Part shown: piece by piece, positions 7,628 to 15,942 of the stretch
Position numbering within the stretch: the stretch's first letter is position 1
Layout of the letters: every line of letters begins with the position of its first letter
Source: a virus
Lineage: Duplodnaviria > Caudoviricetes
DNA: 31,629 nucleotides
Direction: 5' to 3' (one strand)
IMG/VR virus record: IMGVR_UViG_3300023053_000018
Span: 1-31,629 of that record
Translations under genes and position numbers: made by a program
Notes under the pieces: model-generated
Told to the model about the DNA's origin: nothing
Databases searched by the model: none
Seen by the model: only the letters and a program-made list of their open reading frames with translations

Positions 7628-10095
7628 TACCCGACCTTCCTTCTGACGTTCCAGTTCGAGCGCATCGCGCGGGACTGCGGGCCGGTGCCCGATGTGGTGT
7701 CTGCAACGCGGTCCTTCCGCGCCAGGGTCACCGCCCGGGTGACGGTCTGCTCCAGCATCAGCCGCTCCCGCTCACTGATCGAGCCGTTGACGTTGAAGTT
7801 GAACTCGTTGTTGTCGCCACCGCCGCCGGTGCTGGTATCGCGGGCCACCCGCTCCAGGGTGGCATCCAGCTTCGCGCTGGTGGCTGCGGTCGTGACCCGC
7901 TCGCCCTTCTGCAGCAACCAGGTGCCGGTCTCGGGCACGCTGTCGATGCCGTCGTGCGCCATACCAACCGCTGAGATGCTGGAGATGATCCCGGCGGTGG
8001 CTGCGGCCACCGATGCGATCGCGGCCAGATTGGCCGGCCAAGGATTCTTCGCTGCCTCCGCCATGCCCGCTTGGATCGCCAAGGTTGCCTGCGCGATCGC
8101 GGCCGCCTTCTGCGCCACGAAGGCCACCTTGTACAGCGCAGACTGCTCGCCGAAGCTGTTGCGCATGATGTCTGTCACGCCGCCAAGACCCTGCTGAGCA
8201 GCAGTCAGCGTGACCTGCCAGCGGGAATCGTCCAAGGCCTGAAGGCGCTTTTGATGCTCGGCGCGCATCTGCTCTTCCTGAGCATCCCATTCGCCCTCAA
8301 GGTCCGCACGCGCCTGACGATACTCATTCAGCGCTTCCAGCTGTGCCTCATACCTCGCGTTCTCCTGCTCCATCGCCTTGTCGATCTTGGCGAATTCGCC
8401 GGCCGCGCCACCGTACAGTGCATCCGGTCCATTGAAGCCATCGGCACCGGTGCCGCCGACCTGGTCCAGCGCGCGCCGAGCGGTCGCAGCGTAGTCAGAA
8501 TCATTGGCAGCGCCGGCTGCCGCAGCGGCCTGGATGACCTTCAGGCGCTCGCGCGCCAGGTCTACGCCCAGGCTGTCCTCTCGGTTCAGCTCCTTCCGCA
8601 GCTTGGCAAAGTCTTCCGAGGCCTTGGCGGCCTGCTCGTTGGCGTCCCTGACCGCGTTGAGTCGATCAAGCTCGATGGCCCCTAGGCGCAGCGCCTCTTG
8701 CTGCTCCGCATTGAAGCCGCGCAAAGAGCCGACCGCCAGCTCAAAGTTGAGCTTCTGCAGCTCTGTCGCCTTGGCCGACTTGTCAGCGCTTGTGTCAAAC
8801 AGCTCGATCTGGCGGCGGAGCTGAATGTCAGTCGACTCGAACGACCTCTGAAGCGCCTGCCGCGCCGATTCCGCTGCGCGGGCTGCCGCCTTGGCGGCCG
8901 CGTCCTTCTTCTTCTGCGTTTCAGCTTCCTTTTTTTCCGCTTCTGCCGCCGCTGCAGCGGCTTCTGCGGCTGCACGTGCCTGCGGGTCACCGGTAACGCC
9001 TTTGCCAGAGTCGACTTCAGACTGACCAGCTTTCGCCGCTTTCGCCCTTGCTTCCTCGACCCATTTCCCAACCTGGGCGTATTCGTTCTGGACCTTGCCC
9101 TTCGTTTCGCTATCGAAGAGCCCTGGCCACGTGCCCAGGGTGCTCTTCAGCCTCGCCTGCCGCGCCTCCAAGGCCGCTAGAGAATCGTCCTCATCCACCG
9201 GAAGGAATCCCTTCCCGCTGAGCCAGCCGGGGTATCGCGCCCCCAACTCCACCAGCTTACCCAGCGCAGAGACGGCCTTCAGAGCACCCGAGATGATTAC
9301 ATCGAAGCCCTCGCGGACCTCAGGATCATTGAGGACCTTGGTCAAATCATTGACCGCGTTGGTAGCCGCTTTCAGGCTCCCGCTGTTGCCTGTCGTGAGA
9401 TCGTCGAGCGTGTTCCTCAGCGCCTGCAGCGCGCCGCCGAACGTGTCCCGCGCGGCCTGTGCGGCACCACCGTAGGACTCTTCAAGGATCTCCAGGATCA
9501 TCACCTGGGCCTCGCCTTCCTTGCCGGCCTTCACCAGCTCGTCGATAGTGCCGCGCACTTCCTTGGTGAACGCCGCGCCGAAGCCCTGCTGCGCGAGCGC
9601 GGCCGCCGCCTTGCTCGGCGATTCCAGCGCGCGGCCGATCGTCTCCGCCGACTGGCTCACACTGATACCCAAGCGTGCCGACTGGTCGATGATGGCCTGC
9701 ATGGCGCGGGGTATGTTGGTTCCCAGGATGCCCGAGTAGGACAACAGGCGCGTCTGGGCCTCGACGATCTCCCCGCCGCTGAAGGTGGACTTCGACGACA
9801 ACGTATCGGCCATGTCGAGCAGCTGCTGGCGGGTGTAACCGGCAGCGCCACCAGTGGACTTGATGATCGCGTCAAGCTGCGCGACTTCGCGCTCCGCCGC
9901 GACCGTATTGCGGGCGATCAGCACCATGCCGGCCGCGATCGCCGTGCCCAAGGCGACGCCAGCGAGCTTTGCTTGCTTCTCGATGTTCTGGCGCCATTTC
10001 TCCGTCCGGCGCTCCGACTTATCCAGGCCGGACGCGAAGCCGCCGATCTCGGCGATGACGTCGATGGTCAGCGTGCCGAGAGAACGTCGTGACAT
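7627..10095 (-). CDS. Tail tape measure protein
   Basis: 822 aa Ala-rich helical protein; N-terminal SLGTLTIDVIA; C-terminal GMAHDGIDSVPETGTWLLQKGERV motif; follows G/GT. Confidence 0.95.
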   Translation of the reverse strand: MSRRSLGTLTIDVIAEIGGFASGLDKSERRTEKWRQNIEKQAKLAGVALGTAIAAGMVLIARNTVAAEREVAQLDAIIKSTGGAAGYTRQQLLDMADTLSSKSTFSGGEIVEAQTRLLSYSGILGTNIPRAMQAIIDQSARLGISVSQSAETIGRALESPSKAAAALAQQGFGAAFTKEVRGTIDELVKAGKEGEAQVMILEILEESYGGAAQAARDTFGGALQALRNTLDDLTTGNSGSLKAATNAVNDLTKVLNDPEVREGFDVIISGALKAVSALGKLVELGARYPGWLSGKGFLPVDEDDSLAALEARQARLKSTLGTWPGLFDSETKGKVQNEYAQVGKWVEEARAKAAKAGQSEVDSGKGVTGDPQARAAAEAAAAAAEAEKKEAETQKKKDAAAKAAARAAESARQALQRSFESTDIQLRRQIELFDTSADKSAKATELQKLNFELAVGSLRGFNAEQQEALRLGAIELDRLNAVRDANEQAAKASEDFAKLRKELNREDSLGVDLARERLKVIQAAAAAGAANDSDYAATARRALDQVGGTGADGFNGPDALYGGAAGEFAKIDKAMEQENARYEAQLEALNEYRQARADLEGEWDAQEEQMRAEHQKRLQALDDSRWQVTLTAAQQGLGGVTDIMRNSFGEQSALYKVAFVAQKAAAIAQATLAIQAGMAEAAKNPWPANLAAIASVAAATAGIISSISAVGMAHDGIDSVPETGTWLLQKGERVTTAATSAKLDATLERVARDTSTGGGGDNNEFNFNVNGSISERERLMLEQTVTRAVTLARKDRVADTTSGTGPQSRAMRSNWNVRRKVG

Positions 10096-10101
10096 GTGCA
10101 G

Positions 10102-10416
10102 TTATCCCCAGCTCGCCATCGCCTCATCAAGGCCGATTGGCTCCGCTTTCTGGTATCGAAGGAAGTCAGTTACTTGAAATGCCGGGGCTGACGGCTTGCG
10201 CTTGCTGTTGGCGAACAGGCTGGCCAGCAGGCCAGCGTTCCAGTCGGCGCGCATCATCGGGTTCAGGCCTCCGTGGCGTTCCCGGTATGCAGCCCAGAGC
10301 CTCACCTCACGAGCGCTGAGGCGTTCCTTCGCCACAGCAATGGTTTCGCCGCCGATGCCGTTCAGCACCAGCTCGCACCAGAACTCGTCTTCGGGTGTTA
10401 GCTCGTAGCTTTTCCC
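10102..10416 (-). CDS. Tail assembly chaperone T segment (expressed as GT by -1 frameshift)
   Basis: -1 frame from GGGAAAA reads [26 protein letters not shown]... open to stop at 10102. Confidence 0.85.
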   Translation of the reverse strand, partial: GKSYELTPEDEFWCELVLNGIGGETIAVAKERLSAREVRLWAAYRERHGGLNPMMRADWNAGLLASLFANSKRKPSAPAFQVTDFLRYQKAEPIGLDEAMASWG

Positions 10417-10817
10417 AGCGAGTTCACCTCGCCGATGGCGCTCAGCAGCGCCAGGGTCAGGGCGCCGTCGAGCGCGCCGCGGTCCGCATCGGACGCACCG
10501 GTGATGTCACCGACGGTGAAGACGGGTTTGCCCTGCTCATCGCAGATGGAGGCTGCGATACGGCCGGCCACGCTGTCCTCACGGCCGCCGGCGGCGAGCA
10601 CGTCGGAGATGGCGGACTGGAAGCCCAGCGGCCGCACAAACACCGTGGCGGTGAAATCCTGCTTGCCCTGGCGCCAGCTGATCTCCCTTTCGACCGGGCG
10701 GCCGGTGAAGGCGCCGGCCTGCAGCAAGCCAGTGATCGACAGGGATACCGCCTTGCTCTTCGGGACAGACGTCGGCGGCGCCGACCGCTTGCGGGTCTGG
10801 GGCTTCGCAGCGATCAC
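10398..10817 (-). CDS. Tail assembly chaperone G
   Basis: Between tail tube and tape measure; GTGA-coupled start with AGGAGA RBS; ends LGKATS with a slippery site. Confidence 0.88.
   Translation of the reverse strand: MIAAKPQTRKRSAPPTSVPKSKAVSLSITGLLQAGAFTGRPVEREISWRQGKQDFTATVFVRPLGFQSAISDVLAAGGREDSVAGRIAASICDEQGKPVFTVGDITGASDADRGALDGALTLALLSAIGEVNSLGKATS
10410..10416 (-). other. Programmed -1 ribosomal frameshift site G GGA AAA
   Basis: X XXY YYZ heptamer in correct phase (CTG GGA AAA GCT), analogous to lambda GGGAAAG. Confidence 0.9.
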
Positions 10818-11530
10818 GGGGTGATCTCCTTACGAAGCCAGACGCCAGCACCCGAGCGTTGCATGCTGGCAGCCGTAGACACCACCGCATTGCCCTGAAA
10901 GTCGAATGGGAAGTCGGCCACGTAGGCGTTGAAGATGTACCAGGTCCGCGTTTTCGGCAGGACCATTTCCGGCTCTACACTTCGAACGGCCGTCGCTGCC
11001 GCGCCGTTTCCGGCACCACCGGTAAACGTGATAGTGGGCACACTGGTGTATCCGGTGCCCGGATTGGTGACCGTCACGCCGATCACAGCGCCGCTATCAA
11101 CGATCGCGGTCGCGGTGGCGCCGGTGCCACCGCCGCCGGCCAGAGCGACTGTCGGCGCGCTCGTGTAGCCGGTGCCGCCACCAGTCACGTTGATGGCGCG
11201 GATGGAGCCACCCGCCGCAACGGTTGGCGCGATATCCACGCCGTCAGACCAGCCGATGGCCCACTGGGTCAGCTCATCGGAATCGTCCTCGCTGAGCTCC
11301 CACATCAGGTAGTGGCTCTCGTTGCGCGGGTCAGCGTTGATCGTGACAGACGCTTGGCCCGGAGTGCGCAGGCCCTTCTTGTACGTCCGCGCCTTGGTCT
11401 CGGACAGGCAGGTGTCCTCGATCTGGTCCGCCGGGTTCGCGCCCGGGTTGAAGTTGGTGATGCACTCGATCTCGCGGATCTCGCCATTGATCAGGCCGTA
11501 CAGCTGGGTGCCTTGCGTCAGCATGCTCAT
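10814..11530 (-). CDS. Major tail tube protein with internal Gly/Thr-rich insertion
   Basis: [35 protein letters not shown] motifs of HK97-type tube proteins. Confidence 0.92.
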   Translation of the reverse strand: MSMLTQGTQLYGLINGEIREIECITNFNPGANPADQIEDTCLSETKARTYKKGLRTPGQASVTINADPRNESHYLMWELSEDDSDELTQWAIGWSDGVDIAPTVAAGGSIRAINVTGGGTGYTSAPTVALAGGGGTGATATAIVDSGAVIGVTVTNPGTGYTSVPTITFTGGAGNGAAATAVRSVEPEMVLPKTRTWYIFNAYVADFPFDFQGNAVVSTAASMQRSGAGVWLRKEITP

Positions 11531-11550
11531 GAATGTCTCCCTGCGGGCAT

Positions 11551-11573
11551 AAAAAAACCCCGCAGTGCGGGGT
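11551..11573 (-). terminator. Rho-independent terminator upstream of tail tube gene
   Basis: ACCCCGC-ACT-GCGGGGT followed by TTTTTT on minus strand. Confidence 0.85.
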
Positions 11574-11600
11574 GTGGGTGGGTGAAACGGACGAACGTCT

Positions 11601-11966
11601 TCAGCGCGGCACGAGCCAGTCCACGTCGAACGAGTAGCGATACAGCTTGGTTTCGGGGTCTTTCACCTGGTCACCCCAGCGGGTGACATAGGCCTTGCCC
11701 TCGACCGCGTCGCGGATCGCCTCCGCGGCCGGCAGCAACGAGACCGGGTCGTCGCTGTAGACGTCGATCTGCAGTGAGTAGCCGTCCACGTCAGGACGGT
11801 CGCGGAGGTACTGGGCCGGCTCTCCGCCGATGGTCTGCCAGACGACGTAGGGTCGTGCCGGCGGCTTCTCGACCAGTCCAAAGGGATAAACCCGTGTGGG
11901 GTTGGCGCCGAACAGAGCCAACACCGCCGCGCTGGCGGTGCAGGCCTGGAAGATGGGGGCGATCAC
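11601..11966 (-). CDS. Tail terminator / DUF3168 (HK97 gp11-like)
   Basis: [27 protein letters not shown] motifs; position. Confidence 0.88.
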   Translation of the reverse strand: MIAPIFQACTASAAVLALFGANPTRVYPFGLVEKPPARPYVVWQTIGGEPAQYLRDRPDVDGYSLQIDVYSDDPVSLLPAAEAIRDAVEGKAYVTRWGDQVKDPETKLYRYSFDVDWLVPR

Positions 11967-12499
11967 TTCTTTGGTCCCTTCGCCTGCTTGGCAAGTGCGC
12001 GGTCGAGCGCGCGGTTGAACTCGAGCGCGAAGGTGTCCACCGCCTTCTGCCCGGCCTGCTCGGCCACCGGCCGCAGGAACGGCCGAGCCGCCACCTTGGC
12101 CGTGCCCAGCTCGACGTGGCGCCAGTACCAGGTGTCGCCACCGGGATTGCTGGAGCTGCCATCCGTGGCATACGTCTGTCCCGTGCGCCGCTTCCGGCGA
12201 TTCTCGCGGGTTCTGCCGTACTGCTTTGCACCGCCGAGCACCCCCAATCGGAACGCCAACTGCCCGTCTCGCTTGAACGCCCTGCCGTCCCAGCGCAGAT
12301 CAATGTTCTTCCAGATCGCCTCGCCGGTCTCGTAGTCGTCCAGACGGCGAGCGTTGCTCTGCGCCTGAGCACGCAGGACGGCGGTCGCCTTCCGCAACGC
12401 GGCGCGGCCACCCTTCGCATTGGCCTCGTTCTTCAGCTGGGCCATCTTCGCCTTCACGCCGCCCAGGCCGCTGACGTCGAACCGGATGTTGTCAGCCAT
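11963..12499 (-). CDS. HK97 gp10-family tail-component protein
   Basis: WYWRHVELGT...ARPFLRP motif; basic composition. Confidence 0.9.
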   Translation of the reverse strand: MADNIRFDVSGLGGVKAKMAQLKNEANAKGGRAALRKATAVLRAQAQSNARRLDDYETGEAIWKNIDLRWDGRAFKRDGQLAFRLGVLGGAKQYGRTRENRRKRRTGQTYATDGSSSNPGGDTWYWRHVELGTAKVAARPFLRPVAEQAGQKAVDTFALEFNRALDRALAKQAKGPKK

Positions 12500-12827
12500 C
12501 GTTGACGCCCTCGCTGCACGGCAGCGTCATGTATTCCAGCCCGCTGACCGGATCGGCCAGCACGCCGTGCACGTTGTAGATCTGACGCCGGTGGATGACG
12601 CGGCTCTTGTCAGTGACCCCGGCACGGTGCCGGATGGTGATGCGAGTGGTCACCTCGCTATCGATCGCCTGGGCGGCCACGAACTCGCGGACGGACGCCG
12701 GCACGACTTCGGCGAACACCGTGGCCAGATCGATCCACGTCGTGATGGATGCGCCGGATCTAGGATCCTGGCTCTCCACGGGGTTCTGTATCAGGACCCG
12801 GTGGCGGAGGCGGCCGGCGGCGATCAC
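12492..12827 (-). CDS. Head closure / head-tail joining protein
   Basis: AGRLRHRVLIQ, SVREFVAAQA, TRITIRHR motifs. Confidence 0.92.
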   Translation of the reverse strand: MIAAGRLRHRVLIQNPVESQDPRSGASITTWIDLATVFAEVVPASVREFVAAQAIDSEVTTRITIRHRAGVTDKSRVIHRRQIYNVHGVLADPVSGLEYMTLPCSEGVNDG

Positions 12828-13027
12828 CGCGGCTTCCCGCTCATGTAGGTGCCGGCCTCCGGATCAGCCTCCACGTCCTCACTCTGGCAGACGTAGTCCA
12901 TCAGCCGGTTGGTCGCCTCCGCGTTCTCCGCCAGCGCTTGCGCCAGCGCCATCATCGCTTCCGCCTGCGCCAGCTGTGCTGCGGCCGACGCCTTCAGCGC
13001 TTCCGACAGCTCGTCTTGCTCGTTCAT
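12824..13027 (-). CDS. Small helical hypothetical protein (MNEQDELSEAL...)
   Basis: Stop coupled to the next gene by GTGA; Ala/Gln-rich helix. Confidence 0.65.
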   Translation of the reverse strand: MNEQDELSEALKASAAAQLAQAEAMMALAQALAENAEATNRLMDYVCQSEDVEADPEAGTYMSGKPR

Positions 13028-13088
13028 GGGCAATTCCCATCCATTTCAACAGCCAGGCCCTGCGCTGCAGACAACCTTGGCAGGCCAC
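12879..13088 (-). CDS. Small CxxC protein (MACQGCLQRRAWLLKW...), overlapping the previous ORF
   Basis: GTG lies 1 nt after the connector gene stop; CxxC plus basic/Trp N-terminus. Confidence 0.45.
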   Translation of the reverse strand: MACQGCLQRRAWLLKWMGIAHERARRAVGSAEGVGRSTAGAGGSDDGAGASAGGERGGDQPADGLRLPE

Positions 13089-13089
13089 G

Positions 13090-13431
13090 TCAAACCCCGA
13101 GCCCGACCCGGTAGGGCCAGAGCAGGCTGCGGGTGCCTTCCTTCATCTCCGACACGATGGTGCCGGTGACAACGTTCTCGCGGTTCGCGTACAGATGCCC
13201 GAGGGTGAGCAGCACCGCTGCCCGGATCGCGTCATTGGCGACAATCGGGTCGCAGCCCGCGGTGCCGTTTAGCACCGCGGCGGCCAGAGCATCCTCGTCC
13301 TCATAGACGCGACGATTCAAGAAGTCCTGGGCGGCGTCTTCAGCGGCGCCGCCGTACAGGGTCAGCATCTGGTCGTCGTCGCTATCGACCCGGCAATGCT
13401 GCCGGGCCTGTTCGATGGTCACCAGGCGCAT
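13090..13431 (-). CDS. Head-tail connector (HK97 gp6-like)
   Basis: VTIEQARQHCRVD and AVLLTLGHLYANRE motifs. Confidence 0.93.
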   Translation of the reverse strand: MRLVTIEQARQHCRVDSDDDQMLTLYGGAAEDAAQDFLNRRVYEDEDALAAAVLNGTAGCDPIVANDAIRAAVLLTLGHLYANRENVVTGTIVSEMKEGTRSLLWPYRVGLGV

Positions 13432-13434
13432 GGC

Positions 13435-13794
13435 TCAGGCCTGGGCCTGCGCTGCGGCCTTGATGGCGGTTTCAATCGCTTCAACCACCGTGGCACGAGC
13501 TTTGTCGCCCTTGGCTGTTTCCGCCTTCAACGCTGCGTCAAGCCGTGCGAGGTCGGTAACCGCTCCGATCGCCGCGATGGCGTCGGCAGCCTTCTGGCGG
13601 ACCAGCTGAGCACCATCGTTGCTCTCGCTGGTCGGCGCCGCGGGGCCACCGCCGGCCGGGGCGGCCTGCCCAGCCAGCTTCACGAGGCCGCGCTTGGCCA
13701 GCAAGTCTGCGTGCTGGGCGGATACGTCGAACTGCGCGCCGCAGCTGCGGCTTCCGTGGTGTTCGAACGAGGTGAGTGCAATGACCTTGGCCAT
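13435..13794 (-). CDS. Hypothetical head-associated protein after capsid gene
   Basis: AAGGAA RBS; two small domains joined by a Gly/Pro linker; typical post-capsid position. Confidence 0.75.
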   Translation of the reverse strand: MAKVIALTSFEHHGSRSCGAQFDVSAQHADLLAKRGLVKLAGQAAPAGGGPAAPTSESNDGAQLVRQKAADAIAAIGAVTDLARLDAALKAETAKGDKARATVVEAIETAIKAAAQAQA

Positions 13795-13815
13795 TTTTCG
13801 GTTCCTTCGTCAGGG

Positions 13816-13843
13816 GAAGCGCCCGGGGGCTACCGGGCGCTTC
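13816..13843. terminator. 11-bp hairpin after capsid gene (terminator or mRNA-stabilising stem)
   Basis: GAAGCGCCCGG-6 nt-CCGGGCGCTTC; no U-tract. Confidence 0.6.
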
Positions 13844-13849
13844 AGGGGA

Positions 13850-15061
13850 TCAGCCGCCGGCGCCCGCGCCATCGGTGACCGGCAGGCCGTCGAAGCCGCC
13901 CTTCACGAGGGCCTCGGGGCGGAAGACGGTCAGGCCCACGTCCTCTTCGCAGAGGATGGTGACCATGTTCTTGACGAAGTTGTCGCGGTCCTGGTTGGAG
14001 ACGGTGATGTTCGCCTGCTCGCGGTCCCAACCCTGGGCGGCCATTTTGAACGCACCGGTCAGGAAGTCGCCCATGTCCATCGCCTTGGTCGCCACGACCG
14101 GGCGCGCCCAGAGGCCCGGCACAGCCAGGCCGCGCGGAGTTGCGAACAGGTAAGCGTTCTCGGTGGTCTTCGACAGCTCGATCGTGGTCCAGTCGACCGG
14201 ATTGAGCACGATGCCATCGGCTTCGTACTCGGCCAGGGTGACCTGCAGCATTGCGATGCGCAGACGGTCGATCGCGGTTTCGTTCTGCACGACCACGCCC
14301 GGGTTGGCGTACACCGAGGCCTGGGTGTAGAGGCCATTGATGTTCAGGCCGACACCCGAGCCCTTCAGCAGCTGGGCTTCTTCCTTCAGCTTCAGGCCGT
14401 ACATCAGGCGGCCATTGATGTAGGCCTGAAGCTGGCCGGCATCGCGCAGCACCTGCTTGGACGCGCGGATCCAATGCGCGATGGTGGCGACCTTCGCCGA
14501 GTCCAGCTCGAACGCCAGATCGGACTCGGGCTTCGGGTTGGTCGGGTTCTCGGCGACGACGTCAGCGTTGTTGGTGAAGCCGGTCTCACGCACGTACTCG
14601 ATGCTGTCCGAGGTAGTGGTGCCCCAGCTGAGCAGATCGCGCAGGAAGAGGCGCTGGTTCGGAGTGGCCACCACGCCCGGCACACGCTGCGGCTCGATCA
14701 GAGTGCCTGCCGAAGCATCCTCGCGCGTAATCGCGGCCTTCACCGTGAAACTGCCCTGCATGCCCGGGTTGAAGTTCCTGCACTCGTCGGAGGTCGCCAC
14801 GACCTCGCCGATGGACCGCGCCTTCGCCGGCGCGCCGCCGCCCTGCTCGAGCTTGGCGATCACCTGCTGGGCTGCCTGCAGATTGGCCTGCAGCTCGCCC
14901 TGGGCGACCAACAGCTGGTCGACCTTGCCCTTGGTTTCTTCGGACAGCTGTGCATGCGCGCTGATGTCGGCCTTGGCCTGCTCCGCGTGCTTCTTCAGCT
15001 GTTCATTCACCTGCCCGAGGCTGGCGTTGATGTTCTTGATGTCGTCGTCGATCTGGGCCAT
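13850..15061 (-). CDS. Major capsid protein, HK97 family
   Basis: Coiled-coil delta domain; EYVRETGFTNNA, KPESD, DNFVKNMVTILCEE motifs. Confidence 0.98.
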   Translation of the reverse strand: MAQIDDDIKNINASLGQVNEQLKKHAEQAKADISAHAQLSEETKGKVDQLLVAQGELQANLQAAQQVIAKLEQGGGAPAKARSIGEVVATSDECRNFNPGMQGSFTVKAAITREDASAGTLIEPQRVPGVVATPNQRLFLRDLLSWGTTTSDSIEYVRETGFTNNADVVAENPTNPKPESDLAFELDSAKVATIAHWIRASKQVLRDAGQLQAYINGRLMYGLKLKEEAQLLKGSGVGLNINGLYTQASVYANPGVVVQNETAIDRLRIAMLQVTLAEYEADGIVLNPVDWTTIELSKTTENAYLFATPRGLAVPGLWARPVVATKAMDMGDFLTGAFKMAAQGWDREQANITVSNQDRDNFVKNMVTILCEEDVGLTVFRPEALVKGGFDGLPVTDGAGAGG

Positions 15062-15072
15062 TGAGGCTCTCC

Positions 15073-15939
15073 TTACAGGATGGTGGTGAGGTTCGCGGCC
15101 AGCGCCGCGGTGGTCGTGAAGCCGGCAGCGTCACGCTGGCCGTGTTCGGTGGGCTCGCCCTCACCGCTGCCAGCGGGATCGCCCGCGCTGGACTTGAACT
15201 GGCTGATCAGACGCATTGCTTCGGACTTGGGCATGCCGGATGCCCGAAGCGCTGCCTCCATCCGACGAACCGCTGACGCACTCTTTCCGTCATCGGTCTT
15301 GCTGATCTCATCGGAGTCGAGAAGCGAATCAGCGAAGCCTTGCGATACCGCGGCGCTGCCGCCGATGTAGGACTCTCGGTCCATCAGCTTCTGCATCGCC
15401 TTGACGTCTTCACCGGTCCGGGCTGCGTAGACGTCGGCCATGGCCTGGTCGAAAGGCTCCAGCTGGTCGGCGATCTCGCGCAGCTCGTGTCGGTTGCCCG
15501 CAGCGAGCAGCCAGCAGTTGTGGATCATCAGGAAACCGGCGCGCGCCACCTGGACCTGATCCCCGGCCATTGCAATGATCGAAGCGGCAGAGGCGGCGAT
15601 TCCCATGACCTTCACGGTCACCTCGCCGGGGTGCTCTCTCAGCATCGAGTACATCGCCAGGCCTTCGAACATGTCGCCACCGGGCGAGTTGATGGCCACC
15701 GTCACCGGTCCTTTACCGAGCGATCGAAGAGCGGCTGACATGCGTTTGGCGGTGAAGCCACCACCCGTCCACCAATCCTCTCCGATGACGTCGTAGATGC
15801 CGATCGTTCGGTCCTCTTCGTTCTCGGCAGCGGCACGAATGCTCGAATCCCAGCGATCGAAGGCTGCCGGCGCGATATAGCTGCGCACGTCCATCTGCGG
15901 CCGTCCGCTGGGGACGCCCGGGGTTGCACGGATGGTCAT
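15073..15939 (-). CDS. ClpP-type prohead maturation protease
   Basis: INSPGGD, GIAASAASIIAMAGD, LMIHN motifs. Confidence 0.95.
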   Translation of the reverse strand: MTIRATPGVPSGRPQMDVRSYIAPAAFDRWDSSIRAAAENEEDRTIGIYDVIGEDWWTGGGFTAKRMSAALRSLGKGPVTVAINSPGGDMFEGLAMYSMLREHPGEVTVKVMGIAASAASIIAMAGDQVQVARAGFLMIHNCWLLAAGNRHELREIADQLEPFDQAMADVYAARTGEDVKAMQKLMDRESYIGGSAAVSQGFADSLLDSDEISKTDDGKSASAVRRMEAALRASGMPKSEAMRLISQFKSSAGDPAGSGEGEPTEHGQRDAAGFTTTAALAANLTTIL

Positions 15940-15942
15940 CTC

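Noticed and set aside
13794-13852. Capsid stop read-through into the downstream ORF
   Set aside because: Downstream ATG is in another frame, has its own RBS, and no slippery site is evident.
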